The notes under the pieces are model-generated. The model had not been told where the DNA came from and did not search any database. It saw only the letters and a list, made by a program, of their open reading frames with translations. The translations under genes were made by a program, and so were the position numbers. A stretch of 52,897 bases of DNA, from the IMG/VR virus record IMGVR_UViG_3300028887_000069, positions 1 to 52,897 of that record; one strand, given 5' to 3'. The stretch is from a virus. Its lineage: Duplodnaviria > Heunggongvirae > Uroviricota > Caudoviricetes. Below are positions 17,770-26,950 of the stretch, in pieces (within the stretch, counting starts at the first letter, position 1; each line of letters begins with the position of its first letter).

Positions 17770-18164
17770 TACCTAATCAATCCCTTTATTGTTGCCACTC
17801 TGTCGTTAAACGCATTTATTACAATAGGACCGCCTGCATTTCCACCGACACCCGTAGCAGTGATTGCACCTGTTTGGACAGATGACTGTACAACAGCGTT
17901 GTTCTTAATCTCACTTATAAGTTCCTGACACATTATCCTTACGAATTTGTTGTTCATGTTTTCAGAACCGTCAGGATTCGGGCCTGTATCGAACCCCTCC
18001 TGTTCCAACCTTGCTATGATAGCACCTGTCAATGCAATTGCCGACAAACCAGGTCTGTTCAATATTTCACAAAGGAGAAGAACAGGTGGAATTGGTGTTA
18101 TTGGGAGTCTCGCATTCTCAAATGCACCTTTTATTCCGTCAGTTATGTTTTTAATCCAATCCAT
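17769..18164 (-). CDS. Hypothetical protein, tandem paralog copy 1
   Basis: 131 aa; MDWIKNI...RPGLSAIA...GGNAGGP is shared with the neighbour. Confidence 0.85.
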   Translation of the reverse strand: MDWIKNITDGIKGAFENARLPITPIPPVLLLCEILNRPGLSAIALTGAIIARLEQEGFDTGPNPDGSENMNNKFVRIMCQELISEIKNNAVVQSSVQTGAITATGVGGNAGGPIVINAFNDRVATIKGLIR

Positions 18165-18167
18165 ATA

Positions 18168-20306
18168 TTAGCATTCATCGTTTACAGGTTCATTATTTTC
18201 AGTTTCATAAATATCACTATAATCCACATCAGCCATATTCCAATCAGCGGTGGCACCATGTAACCTGAAGCATTCGATACATTGTTGAAGCAGTTGCTTG
18301 TAATATAGTATTTGTTCAAGTGCAATCTTAGCCGAAACGTCTTTTGCGAGTTTTGCAATAAGTGACATAAGCCATTCCTTGAACATACGCATCAGTTCAT
18401 CTCTCACAGCGCGTATTATACCCGCAATCATTTGTTTAAACGACTCAAGGAATCCTGCCAAATCAAATCCCGCTTCCTGACCCATTATCTTCAAATTTAC
18501 TGCCATCAGAAGGTAAAGTTTGGGACTGAGCACTGAAAGAACGAGAACATATGACAGTGTATTCAACAGGTCGTTTATGAAGTTGGCGTCAAACCCAAAG
18601 CCAACCTTTGTATCATAGTTGTCATATTCACCCTTGACCTGACGGCTGACATCATACAATGCAGACGAAATCGCACTCTGTATCTGTTCATGGGTGGCGT
18701 TTGCGGATATGTTGTTCAGTTGGTTCATAACATCCTCCGCAGAAATCTGACCGTTATAGGTTCCATCCCTGAAAACTGATACCCCCATTCTTTCAAGCCT
18801 TGCGTTTTCAAGCATTTGGTTGTAAGCGTTGTTATCAAATGAATAGAAGCAATCGTTGATAACGGTGTCATCAGTATCAAGAATATCGTGAACCATCCGT
18901 TCGACCTCGTTCTTTATGACAATCTCCTCAAAACTCAGATTCAGGTTCATCGTCAGGCATCCGCTTAAAGCATCCAACAACTGTGCGGCAAGGGTCTTTG
19001 CGTCGAACAGTTTGAGTGACATTATATAGTCCGTGTTGAACTCAAACAATGTCCTGTGGTAATAGTAGTTGTCTTCCACACGTCTGTATTGCAGCGTAGG
19101 TTGGGAAGTATAACCCGAAATTTCATCCATAGTAACCTTCTTTTCAGATTCAACATCGGATACGGGTTGGGTCATGCAGGCATTCGGTATGGTCAGTTCT
19201 TCATTTAATGAAGATATATTGTAAATCCAAACATTGGTTGCTCTGTTCAGCACTATTATATTGTTATCAATGTCAGTTGACAAAACATCCTGTAAGGCTG
19301 CTGTCTTCTCAGCCAACGTCTGTCGTATAAGTCTCAAGCGTCTCAAATCAGCGTCAATCATCTGTTTGCGCTGTATATTTTCTTCACTGTCCAAACCTTC
19401 TTCAGGGTCTTCTTCCCCAACAGAATAACCAAGGTCTATTAATTCATTCTCCAATCTGAGAATATATTGATGCGCCTTGGCTTTGACTTCTTCATAATCC
19501 GCAAGTTTATAATCCTTTGCGTTTATGTCTTCATACAGAAAGTTGACTTCATCTATATCATAGGGGGCAGTATTACCGATAAACACATGTATACAGTTAT
19601 TGAAAGGTGTCTGTATGTTCATGCCGTTGCCTTCAGCATTTGAAAGATTGGAAGAACGCCCATTGTATTCAAGTGTTATGATACCGTTCTTCTTTGTCTG
19701 TTTTTCGGGAAGTGACCTGTGTACCTTTACACCGTCTTCTTCATATTTTGGGTTGCGTTTATAGCCATACCACACTTCCCTATCACCCCTTCGCCTGTTT
19801 ACAGCATACCAAAGAAATGAATTAAAATCCACTGAATATTTCAAATCGTCGGGGATTTCCATTTCATCACACCCAAAATAGTAATATCTGCCATACATGT
19901 TTTCTCCCTTTTCATTCTTTGGGTCAAGGGGACAGTAACGTAACGTGTTCATCAAGTCAATGGTCTTAAGGTCGAAAACCACACCGTTTAATATTAAGTC
20001 GTGGGTAATCAACGGGTTCATTGAACAGGTAAACAACAGTTTGAGGTGTGTAAGCAGATATGTCTTCACGGCGGTTTCCATTATTGGAAGTTCAAGCACA
20101 AGCAGTTTTGAGACAAACTCCACAATCTCGTCATAACTGACAATTTTGCGGAGAACCATCATAAGGAGGTCGAACGGATTAAGACTCAACGACAGGGTAT
20201 AATTGGAGTCGTTCAATTCAGGAATATTGTCCAAAATCGCAATCGCTGAATTGATAGTTCCGACAGCGTCGTCAATCTTCTGTTGTGCTTTACTTTTGTC
20301 TGCCAT
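18168..20306 (-). CDS. Large hypothetical protein (probably structural)
   Basis: 712-aa ORF in the baseplate operon; no family recognised. Confidence 0.8.
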   Translation of the reverse strand: MADKSKAQQKIDDAVGTINSAIAILDNIPELNDSNYTLSLSLNPFDLLMMVLRKIVSYDEIVEFVSKLLVLELPIMETAVKTYLLTHLKLLFTCSMNPLITHDLILNGVVFDLKTIDLMNTLRYCPLDPKNEKGENMYGRYYYFGCDEMEIPDDLKYSVDFNSFLWYAVNRRRGDREVWYGYKRNPKYEEDGVKVHRSLPEKQTKKNGIITLEYNGRSSNLSNAEGNGMNIQTPFNNCIHVFIGNTAPYDIDEVNFLYEDINAKDYKLADYEEVKAKAHQYILRLENELIDLGYSVGEEDPEEGLDSEENIQRKQMIDADLRRLRLIRQTLAEKTAALQDVLSTDIDNNIIVLNRATNVWIYNISSLNEELTIPNACMTQPVSDVESEKKVTMDEISGYTSQPTLQYRRVEDNYYYHRTLFEFNTDYIMSLKLFDAKTLAAQLLDALSGCLTMNLNLSFEEIVIKNEVERMVHDILDTDDTVINDCFYSFDNNAYNQMLENARLERMGVSVFRDGTYNGQISAEDVMNQLNNISANATHEQIQSAISSALYDVSRQVKGEYDNYDTKVGFGFDANFINDLLNTLSYVLVLSVLSPKLYLLMAVNLKIMGQEAGFDLAGFLESFKQMIAGIIRAVRDELMRMFKEWLMSLIAKLAKDVSAKIALEQILYYKQLLQQCIECFRLHGATADWNMADVDYSDIYETENNEPVNDEC

Positions 20307-20719
20307 TACTTAGTGGTGTACACTTCAACAGTGTTTTCTAACATATTGTTATTTTCCGCACGTTCGTTGATGTTTGAAACAAACGTACCCCAATCGGGTA
20401 TTGCCTCACTCTCTTCATTCATTTTCTTCACATTTCCGTTGAACTTGATAACCTCGGTCATGAGTTTAGCTATGTCCATCTTGGTTGCCAATGCCTTGTT
20501 CTTGTTTGACGAGAAGTCATTCATTGCCTTTGCGTACTTTGCCTTGGCATCCATTATCTCGTTGTTCAACTGTGTCGAACTTGAAAGTTTGTTTATCTCG
20601 TTCTGTATCTCAACAATATTCTTCGACGCCTCGTCATAGAGTTCCTGCAACAGAACCTCAAGGTGAGACATCGAGTTCAATTTCAATTTATATTTCTTCG
20701 GTGTAGGTTTATTTGCCAT
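20306..20719 (-). CDS. Helical hypothetical protein
   Basis: 137-aa ORF overlapping the next gene by 1 nt; ATATTTAT immediately upstream. Confidence 0.75.
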   Translation of the reverse strand: MANKPTPKKYKLKLNSMSHLEVLLQELYDEASKNIVEIQNEINKLSSSTQLNNEIMDAKAKYAKAMNDFSSNKNKALATKMDIAKLMTEVIKFNGNVKKMNEESEAIPDWGTFVSNINERAENNNMLENTVEVYTTK

Positions 20720-20739
20720 ATCTATAAATATAAAATAAA

Positions 20740-21531
20740 CTAATCTTCGTTGACATAGTCATCTTTCACAGAAAAATATGTCAGTTTGAACTTTTTCATT
20801 GCATCTCTTATTGCTTTGGTTGACAACATTGTATTTTCCTTTATAAAATAAAGAACGTTTGTCTTGTTGAACTTTTGGGTGTCATCCATTTGCATGAAGA
20901 GGCTTTCCCAATTGTTGAGGATTTCCATCAAGGCAGAACCAACCTTTTCCTCGGAATCGCTGAGTTCGTCACCGTTATCCCAATAACCACGTTCAATGAC
21001 TTCGCCGATATTGTTCATCACACGAAACATCAGTTCCCTGTTAAAACTGTCATATCCAACCGAATTACCTTCAACAACCCTATTGTCAGGGTTACTTTCG
21101 GTATACATGGTATCATAGGAAAGGAACCTTTTGTCGTTTTTCATTGCCTGTGACCTTTTAAGAATCAGGTAGTTCTTGCATACAGTACCACAGTATGAAT
21201 ATGCTTTTTTGGCTTTGTCGGGCTTGAAGTTCGAGACCTTTGTCACCAAGAACGACATAGTGTCATTGAAGGTATCCTCAAAATTTTCCGACGGTGTAAA
21301 CAAATTATACCGTCGGATAATCGATTCTATCATCTTGGTGAATGCGGGAGTAAGTTTTTCCTTGAATATTCGGTCACGTTTTTCTTTGTCTTCCGTGTAC
21401 AGATATTCCTGAAAGGCTTTCTCCTCCTCACTTCCAAAATAATTTTTGTTGTTCGGATTCGGCTTACGGCCTCTTTTTTTAGGTTCTTTTACTTCTTGCG
21501 TTTCATTTTTCTGTTCATTTAAAGTGTCCAT
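20740..21531 (-). CDS. Phage RNA polymerase sigma factor (T4 gp55-like late sigma)
   Basis: Region-2-like segment DTMSFLVTKVSNFKPDKAKKAYSYCGTVCKNYLI resembles gp55-type 'NFDPxKxxNxFAYFTxI'. Confidence 0.7.
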   Translation of the reverse strand: MDTLNEQKNETQEVKEPKKRGRKPNPNNKNYFGSEEEKAFQEYLYTEDKEKRDRIFKEKLTPAFTKMIESIIRRYNLFTPSENFEDTFNDTMSFLVTKVSNFKPDKAKKAYSYCGTVCKNYLILKRSQAMKNDKRFLSYDTMYTESNPDNRVVEGNSVGYDSFNRELMFRVMNNIGEVIERGYWDNGDELSDSEEKVGSALMEILNNWESLFMQMDDTQKFNKTNVLYFIKENTMLSTKAIRDAMKKFKLTYFSVKDDYVNED

Positions 21532-21548
21532 TAACCGAAAAAAGTTTT

Positions 21549-22343
21549 TTACGATAATTCTGTCTTTTTCTTCTCGGCTATACCTTTCTTTCTGTCCTCA
21601 TCGTAAGTGTATTCACGTTTTGCCAAGTCAAACCATTTCTGTATGTCCTCCCTCTCAATGTCTTTGGCATACTTCGATGTAATACTGTCAGGCAAGCCAA
21701 GAATGTGGATATAGCCTTCCTTTGGAACCACCATGATACGCAGACCTTTGTTCACCATACGCAGGAGGAGTTCATAGTTGAAGGCAACCTGAATCGAAGG
21801 TTTGTATTTTCCGCACTTGATGAAATCCTGTGTGTTGAAGATACCGCCTGTCAGATTGAAACCCGACCAATTTTCGAGACATTCAGAATCAATGAAATTC
21901 ATCTCGTTCGTGGCTTCACGGGCAAGCGGAAGTTCGTTACAGTACTGCCAATGTTCACCTTCAACATCGGTGACAACATTCAACGGAAGGAAAACCGACA
22001 CATCTTCGTTTCCGAAACTGTATTGTTCGGCGAATTTGAACCACTTTGGCTTATACTCATCGTCGTATTCAAGTATGGAGAAATACTCAGTCTCAACCTT
22101 GTCAACAGCAAAGTTAATCTGTGAACAATAGTCAGTTTCCCCATCGTTCACGATGTACTGCATGTCAACGCCTTCAATAACAGGATAATCGTATTTGCTA
22201 TCCTTTGGAATTACAACCAAAACCTTGAGTTTACCGTTTTTATAATGTTCCTGACAGTTCTTGACGCTTTCGATTGCATTTGTGAAATTGTCAGTGCTGA
22301 TGTGTTGTGGCAATACGGGTACTATAATTGTTATGTCTTTCAT
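21549..22343 (-). CDS. Glycosyltransferase family 2
   Basis: ITIIVPV start; VETEYFSILEYDDEY; FNYELLLRM. Confidence 0.85.
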   Translation of the reverse strand: MKDITIIVPVLPQHISTDNFTNAIESVKNCQEHYKNGKLKVLVVIPKDSKYDYPVIEGVDMQYIVNDGETDYCSQINFAVDKVETEYFSILEYDDEYKPKWFKFAEQYSFGNEDVSVFLPLNVVTDVEGEHWQYCNELPLAREATNEMNFIDSECLENWSGFNLTGGIFNTQDFIKCGKYKPSIQVAFNYELLLRMVNKGLRIMVVPKEGYIHILGLPDSITSKYAKDIEREDIQKWFDLAKREYTYDEDRKKGIAEKKKTELS

Positions 22344-22345
22344 TT

Positions 22346-23512
22346 TCAGTCTTTGTTATTAGCGTTATTTTTAGCGATTAATTTAAATGACTCAAGTTCA
22401 TCAATGCGTTCCTTTATTGCATCATCCATGAACTTTGTGAGATTTTTGTCATACTCCTCGAATGTGTACAACTTGCTTGTCTCTTCAATTCCCTTGGCAA
22501 TCTTTTCAGGGATTTCATCCTCGATAAGTGTTGCAACCACCTTTGACAGGATGTCGGGTACATCGTTTATGTCATTGAACCAAATGCCGTTATCCTCACT
22601 CATCCAATCAGGAATAATCTGCGGAATTTTACCAATCAGTATGTTCTCACACTTGATAGCCTCAAGACCTGAATAGCCGAAAGGTGTGTATTCATCAACC
22701 CATATCGTTATAGAGCCTTCCTGTAACTGCTCGGCAAACTGTTTTTTGGGGAGACCACGCAAATCATTGAATGAAACGAACTGATATACAGGGTATTTCC
22801 AATAGAAAGGTTTAACAATCTTATTAATGTCATCCCTATTCTTGCAAACAAGATTCACAACAAGTTTCTTTGCTTTCACAGGCTTACGGAAGAAGTTCTG
22901 AATGAAAGGTGGAATAACGGTTGTATGGTTGGCTGTATAAGGGAATACATCGTTAATAAGCCTTGCCTGTGCCTCGGTTGTGGCAATAACATGGTCAATA
23001 CCATAGTTAGCCCACTGCTGACCGACAGGAATAAACTCGGTAACATAATCGAAATTCTCCAAAATTACATAGCGTTTGCAAGGTATTCTGTTCTTGTAGG
23101 TGCTGAACATGAATGATGAAAACACCTCAGGGATGAACAGGAAGTCGGCAGGACCGATTTTCCATTCCTCTTTCTGTATGTTCATGTGTGGAAGCGAAGC
23201 ATATTCCTCACCAAGCCATTCGCCTACACCAACAAAACGTTTCATGTCGTCAGGAACACTTCCCTTTTGTTGAATTTCGGCAATCTCACCTGCACTGTAT
23301 TCACTGTCCAACTGATAAAGCATACATACTTTGTATTCCTTATCGTGCAGAGTCTTTGCCATCTGATAGATGTAGTTCATCTTGCCATTCGGCACGTTCT
23401 TGCTGTCAATCACAAAAAAGTATAAGGTGAAGTCCTTTTTGTCGAGTTTGCTGACAGTCTCTTCAACTCTTTGAACGATGGTTTCGTTTTTCTCGTCGTT
23501 TGTCTTTTCCAT
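22346..23512 (-). CDS. Glycosyltransferase, GT-B fold (GT4-like)
   Basis: DFLFIPEV in the N-domain; C-domain IWVDEYTPFGYSGLEAIKCENILIG (ExFG...EA-like). ATG at 23512 is the likely start. Confidence 0.7.
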   Translation of the reverse strand: MEKTNDEKNETIVQRVEETVSKLDKKDFTLYFFVIDSKNVPNGKMNYIYQMAKTLHDKEYKVCMLYQLDSEYSAGEIAEIQQKGSVPDDMKRFVGVGEWLGEEYASLPHMNIQKEEWKIGPADFLFIPEVFSSFMFSTYKNRIPCKRYVILENFDYVTEFIPVGQQWANYGIDHVIATTEAQARLINDVFPYTANHTTVIPPFIQNFFRKPVKAKKLVVNLVCKNRDDINKIVKPFYWKYPVYQFVSFNDLRGLPKKQFAEQLQEGSITIWVDEYTPFGYSGLEAIKCENILIGKIPQIIPDWMSEDNGIWFNDINDVPDILSKVVATLIEDEIPEKIAKGIEETSKLYTFEEYDKNLTKFMDDAIKERIDELESFKLIAKNNANNKD

Positions 23513-23513
23513 T

Positions 23514-23924
23514 TTATTCGTCTGTATCTGTAATTTCAATTATTATTCCTTCGTTGACCAATGTATTGAATGACAATATCTGTCCGAAATACATCTCATC
23601 CAAACTGTTTATCGTGACAGGGATGCCGTTGTCGTCTGTTGCAGGGGTGACAATCAAGTTAAGCATACTCTTGACCAAGTCATATCTAATTGTCCCGAAC
23701 GTCTCGCTTCCGTCGGTAAGCGTTTCTGACATTTCCTTTGAAATAAGTCTGAAATCATCCTGTACATTACCCTGTCCATCCTCAACCAAGCCCCAATGTT
23801 CAACCTTGGTCTTGTCCTTTACACTTTCATTGACAGACGGCTTTGCAACATACGACAACAGTTTGTTAATGTCGATGGCATATACATGTCCGTCAAATGT
23901 GATAAAATTGTTCTCTGTAAGCAT
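23514..23924 (-). CDS. Hypothetical protein
   Basis: 136-aa ORF packed in the operon. Confidence 0.75.
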   Translation of the reverse strand: MLTENNFITFDGHVYAIDINKLLSYVAKPSVNESVKDKTKVEHWGLVEDGQGNVQDDFRLISKEMSETLTDGSETFGTIRYDLVKSMLNLIVTPATDDNGIPVTINSLDEMYFGQILSFNTLVNEGIIIEITDTDE

Positions 23925-24524
23925 TTATCCTTCTATTATTTTGATTATTGTTTCATTTTCATCCTTGATAGCACCGAGAAGGCTGTCAAACGAATATTCA
24001 CACTCAGCATCCGCATTGTACGGAGTGTTGATTTTAACGACTGTCTTTCCCTCGGGGCAATTTTTTATGAGATTCGGGTTGGCTGTGATAAGAATGTCAC
24101 ACCTGTCATATATTGTCATTGAATCGACAGGAAAATAATATTCCCTCACCCTTGCGTTGTGTGCCGCCAAAAACGAAAGTGTCGATTGAATCGTCGGACC
24201 GAGTTCAAATGTACTGACAAACATCACCGACGGGTCTTCATCCACGTCAAGGTTCATCAGCACATTGTCAGTCCAATTCGACAATGCACCTGGTAGTCTG
24301 TCATCACATAATTCCGCCCTCGCATGGAGTTCAAAGGCAGCGTCAACATACTTGAAGTTTTGGTAGTCGCTCTTCGAGGAAAACCCGAACTCCTTTTCAA
24401 AGTCAAATGATTTAATGTCTTTTAATTGCTTGTCAAATCCGGGATTGACCATTTTCTGATAACAGTAAATGAATTGGTTGGTGTAGTCCCTGATTGTGTC
24501 GTTGATGTCTATTGCAATTTTCAT
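23925..24524 (-). CDS. HAD-superfamily 5'(3')-deoxyribonucleotidase-like protein
   Basis: MKIAIDINDTIRD (motif I, DxN variant); DILIT...VVKINTPYN C-terminus typical of NT5C-like proteins. Confidence 0.6.
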   Translation of the reverse strand: MKIAIDINDTIRDYTNQFIYCYQKMVNPGFDKQLKDIKSFDFEKEFGFSSKSDYQNFKYVDAAFELHARAELCDDRLPGALSNWTDNVLMNLDVDEDPSVMFVSTFELGPTIQSTLSFLAAHNARVREYYFPVDSMTIYDRCDILITANPNLIKNCPEGKTVVKINTPYNADAECEYSFDSLLGAIKDENETIIKIIEG

Positions 24525-24527
24525 AAA

Positions 24528-25070
24528 TTAGAAATGAATGTTTATTTCACTATTATTTTGGTCTTTCAAAACAAAACGGGGGTATGAATGGCTCAAGGTT
24601 ATTTTGATGCCGCAATTCTTACAGACATTACCTGCAACTCCCTCCAAGGTAAACGGGTTATACATCGGTACACTCAAACCCTCCAACTCACCTCCACAGT
24701 GTGGACAGTATGCTTTTCTCATATATCCATCCATGTCGTTTACACCATGGAAAAGCAGAAGGTCTTCACGCTTGATTTCTTCCTCTGTGTATATTTTGTT
24801 TTGTGTCTCATTTGGTTCCGAAGCCCATTTGTTTGCGTTTGGCATCTGCGGTTTTTCCCCGCCGATTTCGTCATAAGAATACGACTTGTTGACAATCTTG
24901 GAACCTTCTGTGTGTATGGGAGCCTCCATCTGTTCCCTCAATTCGTCAACCTGTTTCTTGTACTCTTCGAACTCTTCCTGTGACATCTTCTCAACGCCCT
25001 CGGTCGCATAATTCTGACATCTTTTGTCAGTTTCAACCTGCTTTTGATATAAATCCAATATGTTACTCAT
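24528..25070 (-). CDS. Hypothetical protein with Zn ribbon
   Basis: YCPHCGG...VCKNCG. Confidence 0.7.
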   Translation of the reverse strand: MSNILDLYQKQVETDKRCQNYATEGVEKMSQEEFEEYKKQVDELREQMEAPIHTEGSKIVNKSYSYDEIGGEKPQMPNANKWASEPNETQNKIYTEEEIKREDLLLFHGVNDMDGYMRKAYCPHCGGELEGLSVPMYNPFTLEGVAGNVCKNCGIKITLSHSYPRFVLKDQNNSEINIHF

Positions 25071-25125
25071 AATTTTTGTATTTTTTCTTTATATTAATAT
25101 AGTCAGCACTATATATGAAAACAAC

Positions 25126-25653
25126 TTATTTCCACGTTTCCTTTTGTTTGTTTCCGTCTTTGTCGTAATATGAGAACGTGAAATGTTTGGGTTCGAGCAT
25201 GACAAGTTTGTCCAATATTTTCTTTGTATACTTCTCTCCCATACCTTTTTTAAGGTATCCGATTGTAACATGCGGCTGATAGACCTTGAACTCGCTGTGG
25301 CTCGGAAATACCGACAGCACATCTTTGTTTGACTTGAAAAGGTTCATGGACTTTGCAGCACATTTCAAAACATCATAATCGTTGGTGAACAACGATATAT
25401 CGGTGAGCATCGTTTTGTATTCAGACAAAGGTAATAATAATGACTTAAGTTTCTCCAAGTCTATGTCGTTGTCCAAGCAAGGTGCAACCGTAACGTGCGT
25501 TTCCCTTTCCAATCCGAAGTCGTTTTCAGACTCGTCGTCGAAATACAGTTCGCTTTCGGGTATCCTGTTCTGCAGGTCTGTGATAAATTCAGGTGTTTCA
25601 AAGTCAATCATAAGAAACGCCATCTTTTTGTTGCTGTTGTCAGTGTGTTTCAT
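25126..25653 (-). CDS. 2H phosphoesterase, Acb1 (T4 57B)-like
   Basis: Two HxT motifs: ERETHVTV and YQPHVTIGYLKKG; 175 aa. Confidence 0.75.
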   Translation of the reverse strand: MKHTDNSNKKMAFLMIDFETPEFITDLQNRIPESELYFDDESENDFGLERETHVTVAPCLDNDIDLEKLKSLLLPLSEYKTMLTDISLFTNDYDVLKCAAKSMNLFKSNKDVLSVFPSHSEFKVYQPHVTIGYLKKGMGEKYTKKILDKLVMLEPKHFTFSYYDKDGNKQKETWK

Positions 25654-26809
25654 TGTATTCTGCCATTAAATCTAATTTATGCTTTTCCAAACAGTCCTTG
25701 CAGATGAATCTACCGAATGTCTGCTCAGCCATTTCCATGTCCATGTATTCGGTTACGTTTGTCTTTACATGTTCTGTTTCTTCATCCACGTCAATATTGC
25801 TATACTGCAACGCCTCCATGTCGGCAACGTTATAAGTCACTTCCTTTCCGCATATTGAACATTTGTATTTCCTCACCTCCGTAGGTGCATAAGGGTCAAA
25901 GTTGATTGTCGCTTCCTTCTCAGCCTTTTCCTCGTATTTCTTCGCCATCCTTTCATTATAGTACTTGTCGAAGAAATCAGTCCCGTTCTCCACGGTATTG
26001 GCGGTAAAGTGTATCACATAGTCACCGTCATATTCGGATATCGACTCGAATTTCACCTTGTCGTACTTGAACGATACTCCGTCATACAGTCTATAGGCAT
26101 GTGCCGTCTGAAAAGCAACCGTCTTGAAATCAAAGATGTCGCTTCTAATCTGACCATCCTTTATCTTTTCAATCTCCCTGACAAATCCCTTGGATTTCCA
26201 ATCCTTGTCGTTGGGGTATTTTGACACGTAGAAGTCCAAACGAACCTTCTCCTCGTTTTCATCCATCGACAGACAAACAAGTTTCTTGGTATATTCCTCA
26301 AGACGGTATCTCGGAACAACATATTCATTCCTTCCAAGTTTGACGGTGTAGTTGTGCTTCTTCTGTATTTTGCCAAGTTCATACTTCACCTCACCGTTGT
26401 CGTCGGTCTCGATTTTTTTCATGTCAATGCTTTCAAGGGCATCGTAAACATCGTCACCCATATGGCGGTTTTCCTGTACTGTAATCAGTTTCAGGTTCTC
26501 GTTGTTCTCGTAACTGATTTTACGGGTGTCATCCTTGGGTTTCCTCATCGCCTTCACAGGTGAAAAGAAATCAAACTCCTTGCTTTCCCTGTCCACAAGA
26601 TATGTCCTGTATCTTAATTCTTCAACCTCCTGTGTCACCTCACCTTTCAAAAGGTGTTTTGCGACACGCTTGTCTGTCACCTGTTGGTGTATGCCACTGT
26701 CGACATCATCAGCCGAGGCGTTTGAATGTACCAACTCATCGTCGGCTGATTTCATACCCAACGCCAACCCTATCTTGAGTTTGTTGAAAATACTTTTTAC
26801 TTTATTCAT
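25640..26809 (-). CDS. Hypothetical protein with C-terminal Zn finger
   Basis: 389-aa ORF; YKCSICG...FICKDC. Confidence 0.8.
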   Translation of the reverse strand: MNKVKSIFNKLKIGLALGMKSADDELVHSNASADDVDSGIHQQVTDKRVAKHLLKGEVTQEVEELRYRTYLVDRESKEFDFFSPVKAMRKPKDDTRKISYENNENLKLITVQENRHMGDDVYDALESIDMKKIETDDNGEVKYELGKIQKKHNYTVKLGRNEYVVPRYRLEEYTKKLVCLSMDENEEKVRLDFYVSKYPNDKDWKSKGFVREIEKIKDGQIRSDIFDFKTVAFQTAHAYRLYDGVSFKYDKVKFESISEYDGDYVIHFTANTVENGTDFFDKYYNERMAKKYEEKAEKEATINFDPYAPTEVRKYKCSICGKEVTYNVADMEALQYSNIDVDEETEHVKTNVTEYMDMEMAEQTFGRFICKDCLEKHKLDLMAEYNETH

Positions 26810-26901
26810 GTTCGGTTACTATTACTTTTTACACAAATAATAATAACCGAACACCGTTAATAAAACAAGTATTTCTTTTTAGATTATCCAATAACAAACG
26901 T

Positions 26902-26930
26902 AAAAAAAGCGGTTATTTAAACCGCCTTTT
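26902..26930 (-). terminator. Intrinsic terminator after the fibre gene
   Basis: GCGGTT-loop-AACCGC flanked by A/T tracts. Confidence 0.7.
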
Positions 26931-26950
26931 GAAAGTATATAGTTTGTTGG

